NCBI GenBank assembly: GCA_958296125.1
Contig: OY282444.1
Span: forward strand, 1,543,940-1,607,939
Length of the DNA: 64,000 bases
Source of the DNA: an uncultured Poribacteria bacterium
Lineage (GTDB): Bacteria; Poribacteria; WGA-4E; PCPOR2b
Direction of reading: 5' to 3'
Of this stretch, positions 61,116-64,000 are shown piece by piece. The notes under the pieces are model-generated. The model searched no databases. It was not told where the DNA came from and worked only from the letters and a program-made list of their open reading frames with translations. The translations under genes and the position numbers were made by a program. Numbering within the stretch: position 1 is the stretch's first letter; every line of letters begins with the position of its first letter.

Positions 61116-63803
61116 TCAACCGATTGATGCCATTTTCAAATGTCCAGTCCACTGCGTCTGTAGCACCTGTTTCAATACCCGATGCGCGGGTTGACTCAGG
61201 TTTGGGTCCATCTTAGCGAGCCGATTCGCCTCTGATTTGGCGATTTCAAGCAACGACGCATCCTTGAGAATATTGGCGATTTTGAAGTCTGGAAGCCCAG
61301 ATTGACGAGTTCCAAAAAATTCGCCGGGCCCTCGGATTTCCAAATCCACCTCCGCAAGATCAAAACCATCATTAGTTCGCGTCATCGCCTTGATTCGACG
61401 TACCCCATCGTCGGTTATTGGACCGCTAATCAGATGACAAGAGGATTTGTGGGTGCCGCGCCCAACGCGCCCACGTAGCTGATGCAGTTGCGACAGTCCG
61501 AATCGCTCCGCGTTTTCAATCACCATGAGCGAGGCGTTGGGCACGTCAATCCCGACTTCTATGACAGTGGTGGACACCAGAATATCGATTTCTCTATTTT
61601 TGAAGCGACCCATCACGTCCTGTTTTTCCACAGATCGCATCCGCCCATGTAGTAGCCCGACTCGCAGGTGCGGAAACACATTATCTTGAAAGTGGTCTGC
61701 CATCTCCGTTGCGGCTTTAATATCTTCCAACTTCTCCGATTCCTCGACAAGTGGATAAACGATATACGCTTGTCGTCCACGCTGGACCTCCTTCTCTATC
61801 TGCGCATACAGTTTTTCGCGGTCTTTCTCTCTTACCCATTTCGTCGTTATCTTCCGCCGCCCCGGCGGGAGTTCATCGATCGTGGACACATTGAGGTCTC
61901 CATAAATTGTTAGGGCGAGTGTCCGCGGGATGGGGGTCGCTGTCATGACCAAGACATCCGGGGTTGTCCCTTTGTCCCGGAGCGTCGCCCGTTGCATCAC
62001 GCCGAAGCGGTGCTGCTCGTCAATAATTACCAGTCCAAGCTGATGAAACTCAACCCCTTCTTGAATCAGGGCGTGCGTCCCAACAACGACATGAGCTGAG
62101 CCATCGGCAATGGCAGCGAGGGCTTCGTCGCGCTCCGCTTTGGAAAGATCGCTTTTGAGTAGGACGACTTTCAGACCGAGGGGTTCAAGCAATTCCGACA
62201 GGTTATAGGTATGTTGTTCAGCAAGGATTTCTGTGGGCACCATCAACGCCCCCTGATAGCCGCTCTGAATTGCACACAGCAGGGCAACCGCTCCAACGAT
62301 TGTCTTTCCGGATCCGACATCCCCTTGAAGCAACCGATTCATCGCCTGTACGTTCGCCATGTCCGACTTGATCTCCTCGATGACCCGTTTTTGCGCTTTT
62401 GTCAATTCAAAGGGCAATACCTCAACAAACCGATATAGCAGTTGATCTTCGACTTGGAAAGCGATTCCCTTCTCTTCTGTTTTCCAGCGTTGCTTTTTGA
62501 GCTCAAGCCCCAATTCTAGGAGGAAAAACTCATCGAACGCTAGCCTTCTTCGCGCGGCATCTTTATGTCTCTCTGAAGAAGGGAAGTGGATCTCTTGGAT
62601 TGCCATGCGCCGATCTATCAACTGATTTCGTTGGCGGAGGTCCAGCGGCAAAATCTCTGGATAGCCCTCTGCGTACCTGTCTAAGACCGTTTTGGTCCAT
62701 TGTCGAAGCATCCGTTGGGTGAGCTTCGCTGTCAGCGTGTACTTCGGCACAATTCTGCCCGTATGGATAAGATCTGCGTCCTCCGCCTCGAGCACCTCAA
62801 ATTCAAAATCGGTGGTCTGGATTTCATTGTTGCGACGGGTAAATTTGCCGCTCACAACAACTTGCGTGCCAACTTTCAGCAGGCTCTTGAGATAGCCGAC
62901 ACGACGCCCAAAGTTGACCAACTGCGCCACACCGGTTTGGTCATAGACTGCAATCTTTCCGACAGACTGTGCACCCCTGCGGCTCGGCGTGAACTGGCTT
63001 TGATTGACCACCTCACCTTGAATTGTCTCGTATTCGCCGGTACGTCCCACTTCATAAATTGAGCGGAAATGCCCACGATCTAGATAGTCGCGCGGATAGT
63101 ATTCCAGCAAATCGCGGACCGTGCAGATATTGAGCTCCGCTATCAGTTTCGCCGCTCGGCGTGGACCGATTCCACTTGCGTACTGAATCTCTGTCTCCAA
63201 AAATTTCAGCGACGCTGGATCGGTTGCGATGGGGACATCTTTAATCAGCACCTCTTCTGGGGGGTCAGCTTGTGAATCAGCGTGTGAAACGTGAGATTCT
63301 GATGAATCGGGACGGTCTATGAAACGTGAAGGGGCTGATTCAACCATCTCTGACGTTCTGCCTACCTTTGGATCAACAGGGAAAAGCGTCTGTTGACCTT
63401 TGCTCTCCCCGGCACGTTTTACCGAAGGGGAGGACATCTTTGCTGGTTGACTAGATGGCACTTGAAACAAGGGAAAATCATCAGCTGTTTCTGTTGCCGC
63501 GGGTTTTCTAGTAGGCGATTCCTTCTGATCTCCTAATCCTATTTCTTCAATCTGTTCGATGGCGGCTTGCACGACCTCCCGCCGTTTCGTTGGCGATAAC
63601 GTCTCATAATCTGAAAACAGATTCGCAAGCGAAGTCAGCATCTGCTGCTCAGCGGGGGTAAGCGTCAACCGTTGTGCATTCCTGACCCAAAGTTGGACAT
63701 ATGCACCTAATCCGTTAATCACCACACTGTCTTTACAACCGCTCCGAATTTCCTGCTGAAACGGACGTCGGATTATTGCTAGAATTTTAGTAAGCTCATT
63801 CAT
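61116..63803 (-). CDS. recG: ATP-dependent DNA helicase RecG
   Basis: YYPRDY, RRRLAFDEF, QGDVGSGKT, DEQHRFG, MTATPIPRT, QLRGRVGR and RGPGEFFG.RQSG. Confidence 0.97.
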   Translation of the reverse strand: MNELTKILAIIRRPFQQEIRSGCKDSVVINGLGAYVQLWVRNAQRLTLTPAEQQMLTSLANLFSDYETLSPTKRREVVQAAIEQIEEIGLGDQKESPTRKPAATETADDFPLFQVPSSQPAKMSSPSVKRAGESKGQQTLFPVDPKVGRTSEMVESAPSRFIDRPDSSESHVSHADSQADPPEEVLIKDVPIATDPASLKFLETEIQYASGIGPRRAAKLIAELNICTVRDLLEYYPRDYLDRGHFRSIYEVGRTGEYETIQGEVVNQSQFTPSRRGAQSVGKIAVYDQTGVAQLVNFGRRVGYLKSLLKVGTQVVVSGKFTRRNNEIQTTDFEFEVLEAEDADLIHTGRIVPKYTLTAKLTQRMLRQWTKTVLDRYAEGYPEILPLDLRQRNQLIDRRMAIQEIHFPSSERHKDAARRRLAFDEFFLLELGLELKKQRWKTEEKGIAFQVEDQLLYRFVEVLPFELTKAQKRVIEEIKSDMANVQAMNRLLQGDVGSGKTIVGAVALLCAIQSGYQGALMVPTEILAEQHTYNLSELLEPLGLKVVLLKSDLSKAERDEALAAIADGSAHVVVGTHALIQEGVEFHQLGLVIIDEQHRFGVMQRATLRDKGTTPDVLVMTATPIPRTLALTIYGDLNVSTIDELPPGRRKITTKWVREKDREKLYAQIEKEVQRGRQAYIVYPLVEESEKLEDIKAATEMADHFQDNVFPHLRVGLLHGRMRSVEKQDVMGRFKNREIDILVSTTVIEVGIDVPNASLMVIENAERFGLSQLHQLRGRVGRGTHKSSCHLISGPITDDGVRRIKAMTRTNDGFDLAEVDLEIRGPGEFFGTRQSGLPDFKIANILKDASLLEIAKSEANRLAKMDPNLSQPAHRVLKQVLQTQWTGHLKMASIG

Positions 63804-63837
63804 TTAGATTTTGTTGACATTTGATAGATTGAATATA

Positions 63838-63925
63838 GACCTACGGGCTGAAACCCATACCCGTAGATCGGGCAAGATGACCGACCACCTGACAATCTGC
63901 ATCGGTTGAGCTAGGAAGCCCAACA
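63838..63925. repeat. REP-like short palindromes upstream of recG
   Basis: CTACGGG-n12-CCCGTAG, GTAGATCGGGCAAGATGACCGACC and GGTTGAGCTAGGAAGCCCAAC. Confidence 0.45.
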
Positions 63926-64000
63926 CTAGATTTTGTAAATATAGAAGGATTCCGTCTTGAAATTGTGGCAGATTAGCCGACACAGTTAAGCCTCAACAAG

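Overview
A 64-kb gene-dense bacterial window. Its content resembles Candidatus Poribacteria-type genomes: seven PhyH-family Fe(II)/2-oxoglutarate dioxygenases plus a fragment, a sulfatase, Kelch and beta-propeller secreted proteins, and a C-terminal 'KLPTLWAQIK' tail. That taxonomy is an inference. Housekeeping genes are argJ, tsaB, maf, udk, lysA, clpB and recG. Accessory content includes a CfrBI-like type II RM pair whose methyltransferase is fused to HEAT repeats, an internally deleted IS200/IS605 tnpB element that keeps its right end, and a ~2,650-aa Ig-repeat surface protein with a 1,014-bp tandem duplication next to a PorV/PorQ-like barrel. There is also a 129-bp MITE with TIRs and a 5-bp TSD, two deletion-scar chimeric pseudogenes, and a MacAB-like exporter with no ATPase gene. 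The best candidates for new biology are: (i) an Rpn/YhgA nuclease with an internal RBS+ATG for its C-terminal peptide, followed directly by a second, diverged stand-alone copy of that peptide (a possible antitoxin array); (ii) PhyH paralogues with non-canonical iron ligands (HGA, HGQ, HAH, HSH in place of HxD); and (iii) a possible short C-terminal sorting signal alongside T9SS-like components. No rRNA, tRNA or CRISPR array was seen. All family assignments come from motif recognition, not database searches.
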